From a virus (lineage: Duplodnaviria > Caudoviricetes): a stretch of DNA of 24,797 nt. Positions 1 through 8,595 of the stretch are shown piece by piece. The DNA lies in IMG/VR virus record IMGVR_UViG_3300020042_000970, positions 1 to 24,797 of that record; one strand, 5' to 3'. Position numbers and translations under genes: made by a program. Within the stretch, counting starts at the first letter, position 1. Each line of letters begins with the position of its first letter. Under the pieces are notes generated by a model. The model did no database searches and had not been told where the DNA came from. It saw only the letters and a list, made by a program, of their open reading frames with translations.

Positions 1-145
1 CAGTAGAAAATGTTTGCTGTGTACCATCATCTTTAGCACACGTAATATCGGCAATAGCCTGTTCTGCAAACGCACTGGTTGGTGAAGACACCATGAACAT
101 AGTCGCTATAAATAAAACAATCCCTATGCGGAATAGTTTATTCAA
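1..145 (-). CDS. Partial (runs off left edge) secreted/membrane protein with N-terminal signal peptide, lysis-region gene; not in ORF track
   Basis: TTG at 145 directly follows the TAA of the 77-aa gene. The frame is open to base 1: MNKLFRIGIVLFIATMFMVSSPTSAFAEQAIADITCAKDDGTQQTFST (basic n-region, hydrophobic h-region, AFA cleavage motif). Confidence 0.7.
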   Translation of the reverse strand, partial: MNKLFRIGIVLFIATMFMVSSPTSAFAEQAIADITCAKDDGTQQTFST

Positions 146-379
146 TTACTTCTTAGAACCTTTTTCGTATGATGCAAATACTTCGTCTACTTCAGCCTTA
201 GTTAATTTACCATCTTCAAGGTATGCACGGCATAACTTTTCAACAATAACTGCACAAGCACCGATACCTGCCATTGCTGCAGACTTCCATACCTCAACAC
301 CGAGGATAGAACCAGCACCAATAACACCAAGGCAAGCAACCGCAAAGGCTGCCACTATTTTCTTGCCGATCTCTAACAT
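146..379 (-). CDS. Putative holin / small membrane protein (77 aa)
   Basis: Two hydrophobic segments, a charged C-terminal tail (..EKGSKK), and a position after the tail genes. Confidence 0.65.
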   Translation of the reverse strand: MLEIGKKIVAAFAVACLGVIGAGSILGVEVWKSAAMAGIGACAVIVEKLCRAYLEDGKLTKAEVDEVFASYEKGSKK

Positions 380-691
380 TTATTCTCCACTCTCTTTCAC
401 ATGTTGTCTAAACTCACCCTTGAGTTCAGATACTTCTTTAGTAACTCCATCGAGTTTCTTATCCATACTGTTTATGTCGTATGAAATACGATTAACTGCT
501 TCACGCAGGCCACCGCCATTAGGTCCAAACTGAGATTCAATACGGTCAAGTCTTACTTCCAAAATGTTTGAGCGAGCTGCACTGTTTGCTTGATGTTGAT
601 CTATCTTGCGCCAGATCTTCCATAGTGCAAACAACAAGCCCCCTACGATGGATACTATTTGTGCCACACTTGCCCAGTACTGAACACCCAT
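380..691 (-). CDS. Single-TM + coiled-coil membrane protein, holin-associated (103 aa)
   Basis: N-terminal hydrophobic helix followed by KIWRK, an 'NGG.LR' motif and heptad-like C-terminus; TAATG overlap with the upstream gene. Confidence 0.65.
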   Translation of the reverse strand: MGVQYWASVAQIVSIVGGLLFALWKIWRKIDQHQANSAARSNILEVRLDRIESQFGPNGGGLREAVNRISYDINSMDKKLDGVTKEVSELKGEFRQHVKESGE

Positions 692-2595
692 TAGGTAGTT
701 CTAATCTGAACGTAAATAATTCCACCAAATCCCTGGAACCTGCGGTCGGGAGGAGAGATACGGTCAAAGGTTATTTTTTCGATAAGACCTTCAACTTGCT
801 CACCACTTGTAAAGTCTTGAATGGTTATGGTGTCACCATTAGATTCAATGTTTTCCAATGCGTTTAAGCGTAACCAGGAACGGCCATCCCAACCAACCAT
901 GATGTTGTTGCGATCCTGCTCAAAGTCATAGCACAGCAAGGGTACTGAAATGCTTCTAGTTCTTTTATTTGCAGGTAGTGCTTTAACTTGATAGCCAACA
1001 ATACCGCCACCCTCAGAGGTATCAGTAGAGCTGCGCCCTAGAGTAAATCTAAAGGCTAGTTGCTCTTGTGCTGTAGTTATATTGGTTGTAAAGTCTTGAT
1101 CTGCTGATGCCTCACTACCTACGGTAATAACGCTTACAACATTGCCATCTTTAGTAATAGTTGAAATTGCAACAGAGCCTTGGAATGGGGAAGCTATGCG
1201 AACCTTAACTAACTTAAAGTGCTTTTTCTCCATGGTGTTGTAACGTATTGCGCCAGTGTCTAAGTAACCAGATGCAACTAACTGAGTTGGGTGCTGGAAG
1301 AATAAACCAGTACCTTCAACAACAAAAGCAATGCGATTAGTTTCACCTATGAAAGCTACGGCATTACAGTTACCAGTTGCTGCTGAGGTAAGGTCATTAG
1401 CCCATGGGTACAACCCATCACTATTGGGTGTGGATAGATCAATGCGAATTAAACCAGATTTACCATCAATGTCTTGAGTTACAGTTGCATAAGCAAAGCG
1501 ATCCTGAAAAGTAAATCCAGTAATGTGGTCATTGGAACTTTGATCGTAGGTTAGACCGCCATAAGCTATGCTACCTGCAGCATCTATTAAACCTACACGC
1601 ACACCTTTATTACTTCCGATAAGCATGTACTTACCAAGGTATGTTCCAAGGCTAGTTACATGTTCCTCATCTGGAAAATCTGCTGCTGTTACGGCAGATG
1701 TTAATGTGGGTAAAGTTCCGTCTGCATCTAGGCTTACCTTGTAAATAGCTGAAGTTGTGCCAGCAAATCCCGAAGCATAGATTGCAGTTGGACCTTCAAC
1801 AATAGAGGTCCACTTCCAGTTTGAGTTTGGATGTGTATACAAAGCAGTCGGTAGGGTAGGACCAGTTCCAACCAATTCGTATAAGGATGCGCCAATGCCA
1901 GCAAACAAGCGCTGCTTAACCCACCCTGTAGATACACTGGCTGTGCCAGTATCCCAGATCTTAGAGCCAGTACCTGATCCAGTTAATAGACCCTTGTAGA
2001 TACCAGTGCTATTTGCTGCGTAGTAGTTTGTACCATCTTGAGCCAAGGAAACTATGTCGGATCCAGATCCACCGTAGGTTACGGTAGTAACACTTCCAGT
2101 AGAGCCAGTAGGAGCAACGCGCTTAAGAGCTGAACCGTCAGATACAAAAACACAGGACACATTGTTACCGTCAATGGCGCCAACAAGTTGGCTTTCAGTA
2201 GATACTGCAAGTACATTAACCACGTCAGACAATAAGGTTGCTTCACCTGGAGTCCATACGTTTACACCATTTGATTGATTGAATCGGTAGATAACATCAT
2301 CACCCTGCAATGGCTCAAGGTAGTTAATGCCTGCGCCTAAATGCCAAGAAGACTGGGACCGAAGCCACCAGCCTTCAAAGGTTTGCTCACCTGGTTGTTG
2401 GGTAAGATCCAACTGTTGTCGTTTATAGGACGCAGTTTCCCTGTGGTATGGGTACTTATCAGATGCACCCAAGAAGAATGGTTCACCACCAATAGCTACG
2501 TCATACACATTGTTTTGGTTTGTGTAGAGAACAGTAGTTTGTGATGGACGACCTATGGGATTGACTGGATCTTCTGTAATACTGTATTCAGCCAT
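691..2595 (-). CDS. Probable tail nozzle / tail tubular protein B-like beta-propeller (~634 aa)
   Basis: Long beta-rich ORF with propeller-like blades and a 'WHLGAG' motif, last of the tail genes. Start moved to ATG 2595 (MAEY), just after the upstream stop. Confidence 0.6.
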   Translation of the reverse strand: MAEYSITEDPVNPIGRPSQTTVLYTNQNNVYDVAIGGEPFFLGASDKYPYHRETASYKRQQLDLTQQPGEQTFEGWWLRSQSSWHLGAGINYLEPLQGDDVIYRFNQSNGVNVWTPGEATLLSDVVNVLAVSTESQLVGAIDGNNVSCVFVSDGSALKRVAPTGSTGSVTTVTYGGSGSDIVSLAQDGTNYYAANSTGIYKGLLTGSGTGSKIWDTGTASVSTGWVKQRLFAGIGASLYELVGTGPTLPTALYTHPNSNWKWTSIVEGPTAIYASGFAGTTSAIYKVSLDADGTLPTLTSAVTAADFPDEEHVTSLGTYLGKYMLIGSNKGVRVGLIDAAGSIAYGGLTYDQSSNDHITGFTFQDRFAYATVTQDIDGKSGLIRIDLSTPNSDGLYPWANDLTSAATGNCNAVAFIGETNRIAFVVEGTGLFFQHPTQLVASGYLDTGAIRYNTMEKKHFKLVKVRIASPFQGSVAISTITKDGNVVSVITVGSEASADQDFTTNITTAQEQLAFRFTLGRSSTDTSEGGGIVGYQVKALPANKRTRSISVPLLCYDFEQDRNNIMVGWDGRSWLRLNALENIESNGDTITIQDFTSGEQVEGLIEKITFDRISPPDRRFQGFGGIIYVQIRTT

Positions 2596-2597
2596 TA

Positions 2598-3485
2598 TTA
2601 CCAATTCACCGTACCTGTTCCTGCTGTAATGCTAGTTACTTTGAATCCACCTGAAGGTGCAGCAGTTGAACCAGTTAAACCTGCGCCGATAGTTATTGTA
2701 AAAGTATCTGGGTATTTTAATATGATAATGCCCGAACCGCCGTTGCCACCGTGAGGTCCTGATACACCTGCACCTCCGCCACCGCCTGAACCAGTATTAG
2801 TAGCACCAGCACCACCTTGTGTATTAACACCTCCAGTACCACCACCTCCAGCGCCTCCTGCTTGAGCAGTACCACCATTAGAGTTACCACCACCACCACC
2901 AGCACGTGTTACTGAAGTTCCAGTAATAGAGGATGCAACACCTCCACCACCTGTACCACCTGCATTACCATTTCCACCGATGCCACCGTTTCCACCAACA
3001 GCACCAGCACCTGCGCCACCAGCACCACCGATAAATGCACCCTCACCACCTGTGAAACCTTGTGAAGCAGTGCCTGAACCACCAGAACCACCAGCACCAG
3101 CATTACCACCAGAGCCACCACCACCAGAACCACCAGCAGCACCATTACCGCCAGTATCTGAACCACCTCTACCACCACCGATAGAAGTTATTGTTGAAAA
3201 AACACTATCTGCTCCATTTGTACCAGCGCCACTATTACCGCCAGTACCACCCTCACCTACAGTAACGGTATAAGTAACACCACTTGATAAATTTAATACT
3301 GATTCTGCACCAGCACCACCACCAGATGATTCACCAGTTACACTAGAGCGATAACCACCAGCTCCGCCACCACCACCTGGTCTATCTTGTAATCCAGAAC
3401 CACCGCCACCACCAGCAATAACTAAATAAATAACATCAAATTTTGGTTTTATTGATGATGCTATGATTCCTAAAGTTTTTCTCAT
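2598..3485 (-). CDS. Glycine-rich domain virion protein (~295 aa)
   Basis: YLVIAGGGGG..GGGGAGG, TVTVGEGG, NTGSGGGG, GGSGIIILKYP pattern of phage Gly-rich domain proteins. Start moved to ATG 3485 (ATGA overlap with upstream stop). Confidence 0.8.
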   Translation of the reverse strand: MRKTLGIIASSIKPKFDVIYLVIAGGGGGSGLQDRPGGGGGAGGYRSSVTGESSGGGAGAESVLNLSSGVTYTVTVGEGGTGGNSGAGTNGADSVFSTITSIGGGRGGSDTGGNGAAGGSGGGGSGGNAGAGGSGGSGTASQGFTGGEGAFIGGAGGAGAGAVGGNGGIGGNGNAGGTGGGGVASSITGTSVTRAGGGGGNSNGGTAQAGGAGGGGTGGVNTQGGAGATNTGSGGGGGAGVSGPHGGNGGSGIIILKYPDTFTITIGAGLTGSTAAPSGGFKVTSITAGTGTVNW

Positions 3486-4522
3486 GCTCCAAGGTCTCCA
3501 ACAATTACCCAAGTATTAGCAGCACGTTTAATAAAACTTGCACTTGACCATTGAGTACGGAGTTTAAGTCCAGGTGTTCCATTGAGTGTTACACCAGCAG
3601 CACCTGCTGTTGTAACTACTCCAGTTCCAATATTTATGATGTCTATAGTTGAACCAATAGGAAAACTGTAGGTTGAATCTAATGGGATTGTTACAGTAAA
3701 TGTTCCATTAAGTTCAGTTAAGTTAACTTCGTCTCCAGCAGTAAGGGTGTAAGCACCCGTTTTAGCAGCAGGAATTGTGTACAGTTTGGGAATCTTGCTA
3801 TCTATTTGTGTTTGAATAGCGGAAGTAACACCATCTACGTAACCAATTTCAGTTGCACTAACTGTTGAAGATACAGCTAACTTAGTCCAGTCAATAGCAG
3901 CGCTGGCATTGATGTCAGCATTAACAATGGTGCCATCGGCAATCATGTTTGAAGTAACTGCACCCGTTGCACCAGTTACACCCGTAGGTAAAGTAACCGT
4001 GCCAGTAAATGTTGGTCCAGCCAAAGGTGCCTTTAACGCAAGGTCACTTGTAAGGTTAGTTACAGCAGCTTGAGCAATAGTTACAGTGTTGTTTGTGCTG
4101 TTAATAGTTTTATTAGTTAGTGTCTGAGTGTCTGTTGTACCAACAAAGCTTCCAGTAATACCATGAGCACCAGACTCAGCGGCAATGTGGGACTGAGATT
4201 CAGTCATGTCACGTGCAGAAATAACGTGCTTAACTATTTCGCCAGCAACGTGAGCTTGGTCAGTTGTTCCATCTACGCCACGACCAGCAATGTTACCACC
4301 GCCAGCAACCGTTGCACCTACGGTAAGAATTGTACCAGACGCAGCAACAACGGTAACAAGTTCTTCACTACTTGAGTCGTATCCTATTGCGATTGTGTAT
4401 GGATAAGAGGTTGGAAAACCAGCTGTTGAATTTACTTCAAATGTAAGTTCTGTGCTTGTAATACCAAACTTAAGTGTTGTGTCAATGGCAACGGATGAAT
4501 AATAACGGTTAATTGCTGGCAT
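3482..4522 (-). CDS. Tail fibre-like protein (346 aa)
   Basis: Fibre shaft motifs TQTLTNKT, KAPLAGPTFTGTV, IADGTIVNADINASAAI and GVTSAIQTQID. C-terminal FPIGSTIDI..NTWVIVGDL domain is typical of phage fibres. Confidence 0.75.
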   Translation of the reverse strand: MPAINRYYSSVAIDTTLKFGITSTELTFEVNSTAGFPTSYPYTIAIGYDSSSEELVTVVAASGTILTVGATVAGGGNIAGRGVDGTTDQAHVAGEIVKHVISARDMTESQSHIAAESGAHGITGSFVGTTDTQTLTNKTINSTNNTVTIAQAAVTNLTSDLALKAPLAGPTFTGTVTLPTGVTGATGAVTSNMIADGTIVNADINASAAIDWTKLAVSSTVSATEIGYVDGVTSAIQTQIDSKIPKLYTIPAAKTGAYTLTAGDEVNLTELNGTFTVTIPLDSTYSFPIGSTIDIINIGTGVVTTAGAAGVTLNGTPGLKLRTQWSSASFIKRAANTWVIVGDLGA

Positions 4523-4529
4523 GGTTTAC

Positions 4530-5417
4530 CTATCGGGTGTAATGAACGCGGACTGGGAAGTATTCTTGCTGACGACGTATCTCAGCGTTTAAGCGATCTT
4601 TGTACTGAGCAAAGAGATAACGGGAAACTTGTGCGCCAGCACCTGATGGATTGGACTGGTCAATAGCATCTGCTTCTACGGACATACCTGTAACGCGAGC
4701 CTGATCTAGGTAAGCAGCTACGCGGTATGAAGCACCAAGAAGAATAACTTCTTCAGAGGAGGAAGTTAAACCTGAGTCTGTAAATTCATCTGAGTTAAGT
4801 ACAAGTTTGCTTGGTTGCTTAGAGTAAACTACGTTTACTGTACGGCCAGGAACAATGCCATCATAAATAGATAGCGACTTACCTGTGTTAAATGTTTGTG
4901 GGTTTGCTGTCTTATCAATGCGCCAACGGCGTACTGGTAACCATTCCTTTGTAGGACCTACGGTCTGCCAGGATACAGCAAGCACATCTATTGCATCTGA
5001 AGGTAATTGGTATGTAGATCGTGTAGCTACAAATGAGAACGTGGTGTAGAACGTACCAAATAGATCAGGGTACACACCAGCAATAGCGTTGTTAAGTGCT
5101 TTTTTAATTACCACTCTTGGGTATGCTGGGCTAATAACAACACGTGCACCAACAGAATGTGGTGCTACCGTTGAGTTACGAAATCCTCGGCCAGATGGTG
5201 CAATGTAAGCGATGCCACTGGTGCGGTCAAAGCGATCAACCCATACAAGTTCATCATCAATTTCTACAAGGCCACGGGATAAAACCGTACCATCTTGTAC
5301 TGTAAATTGAATGTCCGCCTCAACCATTGCTACCGTTAGGTACGTTGCTTGGTCCTGGCGTTGGGTATAACCAGCCACATTGATGAGAACTTCATCAACC
5401 ATGTCTCCAAAATTCAT
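4530..5417 (-). CDS. Probable head-tail adaptor / tail tubular protein A-like (295 aa)
   Basis: N-terminal helix, 'ALNNAI', 'YQLPSD' and C-terminal 'VILLGASYR' helices resemble podovirus adaptor proteins; position precedes fibre and nozzle genes. Confidence 0.55.
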   Translation of the reverse strand: MNFGDMVDEVLINVAGYTQRQDQATYLTVAMVEADIQFTVQDGTVLSRGLVEIDDELVWVDRFDRTSGIAYIAPSGRGFRNSTVAPHSVGARVVISPAYPRVVIKKALNNAIAGVYPDLFGTFYTTFSFVATRSTYQLPSDAIDVLAVSWQTVGPTKEWLPVRRWRIDKTANPQTFNTGKSLSIYDGIVPGRTVNVVYSKQPSKLVLNSDEFTDSGLTSSSEEVILLGASYRVAAYLDQARVTGMSVEADAIDQSNPSGAGAQVSRYLFAQYKDRLNAEIRRQQEYFPVRVHYTR

Positions 5418-5668
5418 GCTGTAATCCTCGCTGCAGCTTCGTTCTCACCAAGGCCAGAAGTACCAGCCAATTTGTTTAGTGCACCTTGAACAGCAAGACC
5501 AGATGTTCCAGCCTTGCGGTTCAAAGCACCTTGAAGAGCAAGACCACTGGTGCCAGCCCAAATGTTTGCAGCACCTTGAGCCTCGTAACGCGGGACATTA
5601 CTAGCGTCCAATGTTCCAGCTAAACGATTGAGGTGGTATTGCATTGTGCGTCCATCACCAGCAGCCAT
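5414..5668 (-). CDS. Small Ala/Gly-rich protein with three 15-aa repeats (84 aa)
   Basis: AGAAGGG purine tract upstream, ATGA overlap downstream; repeats QGA(A/L)NxxAGTSGL. Confidence 0.8.
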   Translation of the reverse strand: MAAGDGRTMQYHLNRLAGTLDASNVPRYEAQGAANIWAGTSGLALQGALNRKAGTSGLAVQGALNKLAGTSGLGENEAAARITA

Positions 5669-5694
5669 AATTACTTACCCTTCTTTTAGAATTA

Positions 5695-5808
5695 TTATTT
5701 AGAACCGCCAACGCCTTCGTAACCGCCACCTGGTTTGTCAGGCTTGCCAGTTAACTTGTCGTTGATTTTTCCAATTTGATTTCCATTACACTTACATTCA
5801 GCGCACAT
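5695..5808 (-). CDS. 37-aa Cys/Gly-rich mini-protein; not in ORF track
   Basis: ATG overlaps the upstream TAA (TAATG at 5806-5810). Translation MCAECKCNGNQIGKINDKLTGKPDKPGGGYEGVGGSK fills the gap. Confidence 0.7.
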   Translation of the reverse strand: MCAECKCNGNQIGKINDKLTGKPDKPGGGYEGVGGSK

Positions 5809-6125
5809 TACATTCCAACTTCTTTCATTGTTCTTGATGTTGCTTTATCTATGGTCTTTGCGGCTGGCATGGTACTTGCGTCATACGCCCTGCCCAAAGT
5901 TTCACTAGCTTTTTCAGCTTCAATGATCTGACCCATACGAGTGCCTGCTGGCTGTATACCCTGTGCTCTAGCGTTAGCGTAAGCATCAAGCTCGCCATTC
6001 CATTTAGCACTAGACATTGCTTTACCACTGGCTGCATCGCCAGCGTTCATTTGGATGTTAGAAGCACGTAAACAATCACCCCATGTGGCGTGGTCTTGTG
6101 TGCGACAACCTGTTCTACATGCCAT
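5808..6125 (-). CDS. Hypothetical protein with N-terminal CxxxC..H..C motif (105 aa)
   Basis: MACRTGCRTQDHATWGDC; GAAGGGA upstream; overlaps the glycosyltransferase stop. Confidence 0.8.
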   Translation of the reverse strand: MACRTGCRTQDHATWGDCLRASNIQMNAGDAASGKAMSSAKWNGELDAYANARAQGIQPAGTRMGQIIEAEKASETLGRAYDASTMPAAKTIDKATSRTMKEVGM

Positions 6126-6128
6126 TAG
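6109..6128. repeat. 20-nt direct repeat copy 1 (partner 7281-7300)
   Basis: cctgttctacatgccattag vs cctgttctacaagccattag, 19/20 identical. Confidence 0.85.
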
Positions 6129-7179
6129 TTTGTCCCTTCAGCATGAATTGGTAATTATCAATAAGGCGTTGATCTGCAGGGTTTCCCTCTACTGCTAATC
6201 GTGCCCATTTTTTAGCCGAACCCTTTTTACTTAGGTTCCAGGAAGCAATGGCTAAAAGATCGTATGCTCGCCACCTGTAGATTGAACTGTCAATTAAATA
6301 GTGGCTATCCATTTTAAGTTTATTTACTTTATTAGCTGCATCAAAACATTCTTGCCAGCGTTTCTGCGTATACATGAAATGCGCTAAGGCAAACCATGCT
6401 TCCATCTGGTCTGGAGCTAACTCAGTTCCTTTTAGGAACCAACCAACTGCCCGTTCTGGCTTGCCTAGTTCGACCAGACTATCGCCAGCACCGCGACAAG
6501 CGGCAGCAAGCTCAACAGGCCAGCTACCTTCCACTCGGCTTTCAGAGAATAATTGTTCTGTCTCACGAACTGCGTTCTCCCATTGTCTGTTAAAGTAGTA
6601 TTCTCGAATAAGGTAAAATCTAATGCGGGAATCTCTTGGATCTTCAGCTACACCCATTTGCAATAAATGCAAGTATTGTGACCTTGGTTTACTATCATCT
6701 GGCTTGTGATACACCATAGTTTCCACAATTATGTCTTGCTCTTTGCGTGGCGGGTAAGCCATTGTTACTTCGTGGCAAGGCTTAACCCATCGGTATCCAT
6801 GTCTAGCATGAATACGGTTATTGTTCATCCATTGCTGGCCAGTGTCCCACATAACCCATGCACGTTCCGTGCCTGGAACCCAAGCCTGTCTTAGCTTGTC
6901 AAAGAAGTCTGGGTCTGGAATCTCGTCCATGTCCAAGGAGACACACACATCCACGTCAGCAGGCACAAGGGCCAGTGCTGCATTGCGAGCATCATCAAAG
7001 CGAAAAGGGCTTACGTTGATTTCGTAGGTCTCTATGCGGTATTGGTTAAGTAGTTGTACTGTGTTGTCTGTTGACCCAGTATCTGCTACTATTCGTATGT
7101 CAGCACCTGCTGTAGCTTTGGCCCAGCGAGCTACATGTTTAGATTCATTAAGCGCAATGGCATAAACAGCAATCTTCAT
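6115..7179 (-). CDS. Family 2 (GT-A) glycosyltransferase with C-terminal TPR-like helices (354 aa)
   Basis: IAVYAIALNE, VADTGSTDNT, FDDARNAAL, DxD motif LDMDE and an HE motif, followed by TPR-like repeats (FYLIREYY, EAWFALAHFMY). Confidence 0.9.
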   Translation of the reverse strand: MKIAVYAIALNESKHVARWAKATAGADIRIVADTGSTDNTVQLLNQYRIETYEINVSPFRFDDARNAALALVPADVDVCVSLDMDEIPDPDFFDKLRQAWVPGTERAWVMWDTGQQWMNNNRIHARHGYRWVKPCHEVTMAYPPRKEQDIIVETMVYHKPDDSKPRSQYLHLLQMGVAEDPRDSRIRFYLIREYYFNRQWENAVRETEQLFSESRVEGSWPVELAAACRGAGDSLVELGKPERAVGWFLKGTELAPDQMEAWFALAHFMYTQKRWQECFDAANKVNKLKMDSHYLIDSSIYRWRAYDLLAIASWNLSKKGSAKKWARLAVEGNPADQRLIDNYQFMLKGQTNGM

Positions 7180-7194
7180 GCTATTATCCTAGCA
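7180..7194 (-). promoter_or_regulatory. Possible extended -10 promoter (leaderless) or RBS of the glycosyltransferase
   Basis: Minus strand reads TG-C-TAGGAT-AATAGC-ATG. AGGA within it could equally be a Shine-Dalgarno. Confidence 0.35.
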
Positions 7195-7201
7195 CACTAG
7201 C

Positions 7202-7297
7202 CTATGGGCGTAGTGAGGACTTATTAATTGCAACACCCTTACAGCACTCTGCGTATGATTCACAGTCCTGCGTTGGGCATCCTGTTCTACAAGCCAT
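7202..7297 (-). CDS. 31-aa Cys-rich mini-protein, paralogous to the N-terminus of the 105-aa gene; not in ORF track
   Basis: TAATG overlap with the upstream stop; MACRTGCPTQDCESYAECCKGVAINKSSLRP*. Confidence 0.75.
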   Translation of the reverse strand: MACRTGCPTQDCESYAECCKGVAINKSSLRP

Positions 7298-7300
7298 TAG
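7281..7300. repeat. 20-nt direct repeat copy 2 (partner 6109-6128)
   Basis: cctgttctacaagccattag, one mismatch to copy 1. Confidence 0.85.
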
Positions 7301-7860
7301 AACTCAATGACAGTGATGTTTGAAATTGTTCTGAAACTACTAGCAGCATCTCCGTCAGAGTTACTTCTGTTTACTACTATTGTTCCAGCGGCATTCTGAA
7401 AAACTTGTATTTTGTAAGTAGTGGCGCTTGTTGTGGCTGGACTGTCTAAAAATAACAATGGAATAGTAGCGTGTGTTGGACCGCCAGTTCCACCGATATT
7501 AAAATATCTACCACTGGTTGCGGATGTTCGTGACCCAGGAGTATCACCAATGCCTATTGGTGTTGCGCCTCGCATAAGTCGTAACGCCACAAGTACATCG
7601 GCGGTTACACCTACATCAACATTAGCCATAATAAGTATTTGCTTGGCACTTGTGCTTGGTGTAATTGTTACTGATAATCCAGTAATGTCTGTCCATGTTG
7701 AATTGGCGGTAGTTGTAAAAGTATCAGATTTTGTAGTGCTTAAGGCACGTGGTAGGGCAGTGTTCATCTGCGCTGTGGTGGAGTATGCAGTCAGGTCGGT
7801 CTGCGCTGAGGCAAGTTCTACAAACTCTGTACCAGTCCAGACTCTCGCTTTCTTAGCCAA
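7297..7860 (-). CDS. Fibre/receptor-binding-like beta-sandwich protein (187 aa)
   Basis: WTDITGLSVTITP, LDSPATTSATTYKIQ and SNITVIEF motifs are common in phage fibre tip domains. Confidence 0.75.
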   Translation of the reverse strand: MAKKARVWTGTEFVELASAQTDLTAYSTTAQMNTALPRALSTTKSDTFTTTANSTWTDITGLSVTITPSTSAKQILIMANVDVGVTADVLVALRLMRGATPIGIGDTPGSRTSATSGRYFNIGGTGGPTHATIPLLFLDSPATTSATTYKIQVFQNAAGTIVVNRSNSDGDAASSFRTISNITVIEF

Positions 7861-8071
7861 CTAAGGCACCTACTTCAGCATCGGTTAGTCCTAGCGCTGA
7901 TAGTTTTGCTAGCGCTGAGACACGGGCATCAGCCTTGGCATCTTGTTCTGCCTGTTGTGCTACTGCTTCTGCTTGCATGACTTCACGATCAGCAAGTTCT
8001 TCCGCTGTTAGTGGTCGTTCGTATGACTCACCTGTAGCGGCATCAACGATTAGTGCTTTTAGTTCTTCCAT
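7853..8071 (-). CDS. Small acidic helical protein, possible fibre assembly chaperone (72 aa)
   Basis: DAATGE..RPLTAEE and SALAKLSALGLTDAE pattern; lies between two fibre-like genes. Confidence 0.7.
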   Translation of the reverse strand: MEELKALIVDAATGESYERPLTAEELADREVMQAEAVAQQAEQDAKADARVSALAKLSALGLTDAEVGALVG

Positions 8072-8073
8072 GA

Positions 8074-8595
8074 TTAGTTCCTCATTCCGTAGATTCTTAA
8101 TGTGCCAGTTAAGTTAGCAGTTGCTACAATAGAAATTCCATCAAAACTACCTGTCACAACGTGACTACCATTTATCATTGTTCCAATTGCACTACCACCA
8201 TTGTATCTAACACCCTGTCCAAACCATGCGGCTCTACGAGTTGCAACTTGTGGGGCTGTAATAGTTGCAATGGCTGAAGTAGATTGTTGACTAGATGTGT
8301 AAGCGTAAGACCAGTTCCAACCTGTTGCAGTAGAACTTGAAATGCTAGTCCATGAAGGACCTACACCTTGATACCAACCATACCATTGGTGGTAATCAGT
8401 ATTTGTAACTCCACTTGAACGCAATTTGGTTGATATTTCCGTGTCTCCTGCGGCAGTGCAATTTAGTACAAGCATATAATTTTCGTATGCACTAGTAAAT
8501 ACACCATCAATATTTGTTGTGGCTGCACCAGAGATTGTTGTAGTATTAACTAACACCAATCCACCCTGACTGGCTACGTCTCTCGCTCTTGTCAT
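8074..8595 (-). CDS. Fibre/spike-like beta protein (173 aa)
   Basis: MTRARDVA start, FTSAYENY and C-terminal GTLRIYG; aromatic-rich; TAATG coupling. Confidence 0.75.
   Translation of the reverse strand: MTRARDVASQGGLVLVNTTTISGAATTNIDGVFTSAYENYMLVLNCTAAGDTEISTKLRSSGVTNTDYHQWYGWYQGVGPSWTSISSSTATGWNWSYAYTSSQQSTSAIATITAPQVATRRAAWFGQGVRYNGGSAIGTMINGSHVVTGSFDGISIVATANLTGTLRIYGMRN

Noticed and set aside
93-867. Plus-strand ORFs (93-533, 568-867) as antiholin or embedded spanin
   Set aside because: They are antisense to well-coupled minus-strand genes, with no lipobox or convincing RBS.
2717-3273. Alternative-frame Val-rich and plus-strand Pro-rich ORFs
   Set aside because: They are shadows of GGT/GGC-rich glycine codons in the real minus-strand gene.
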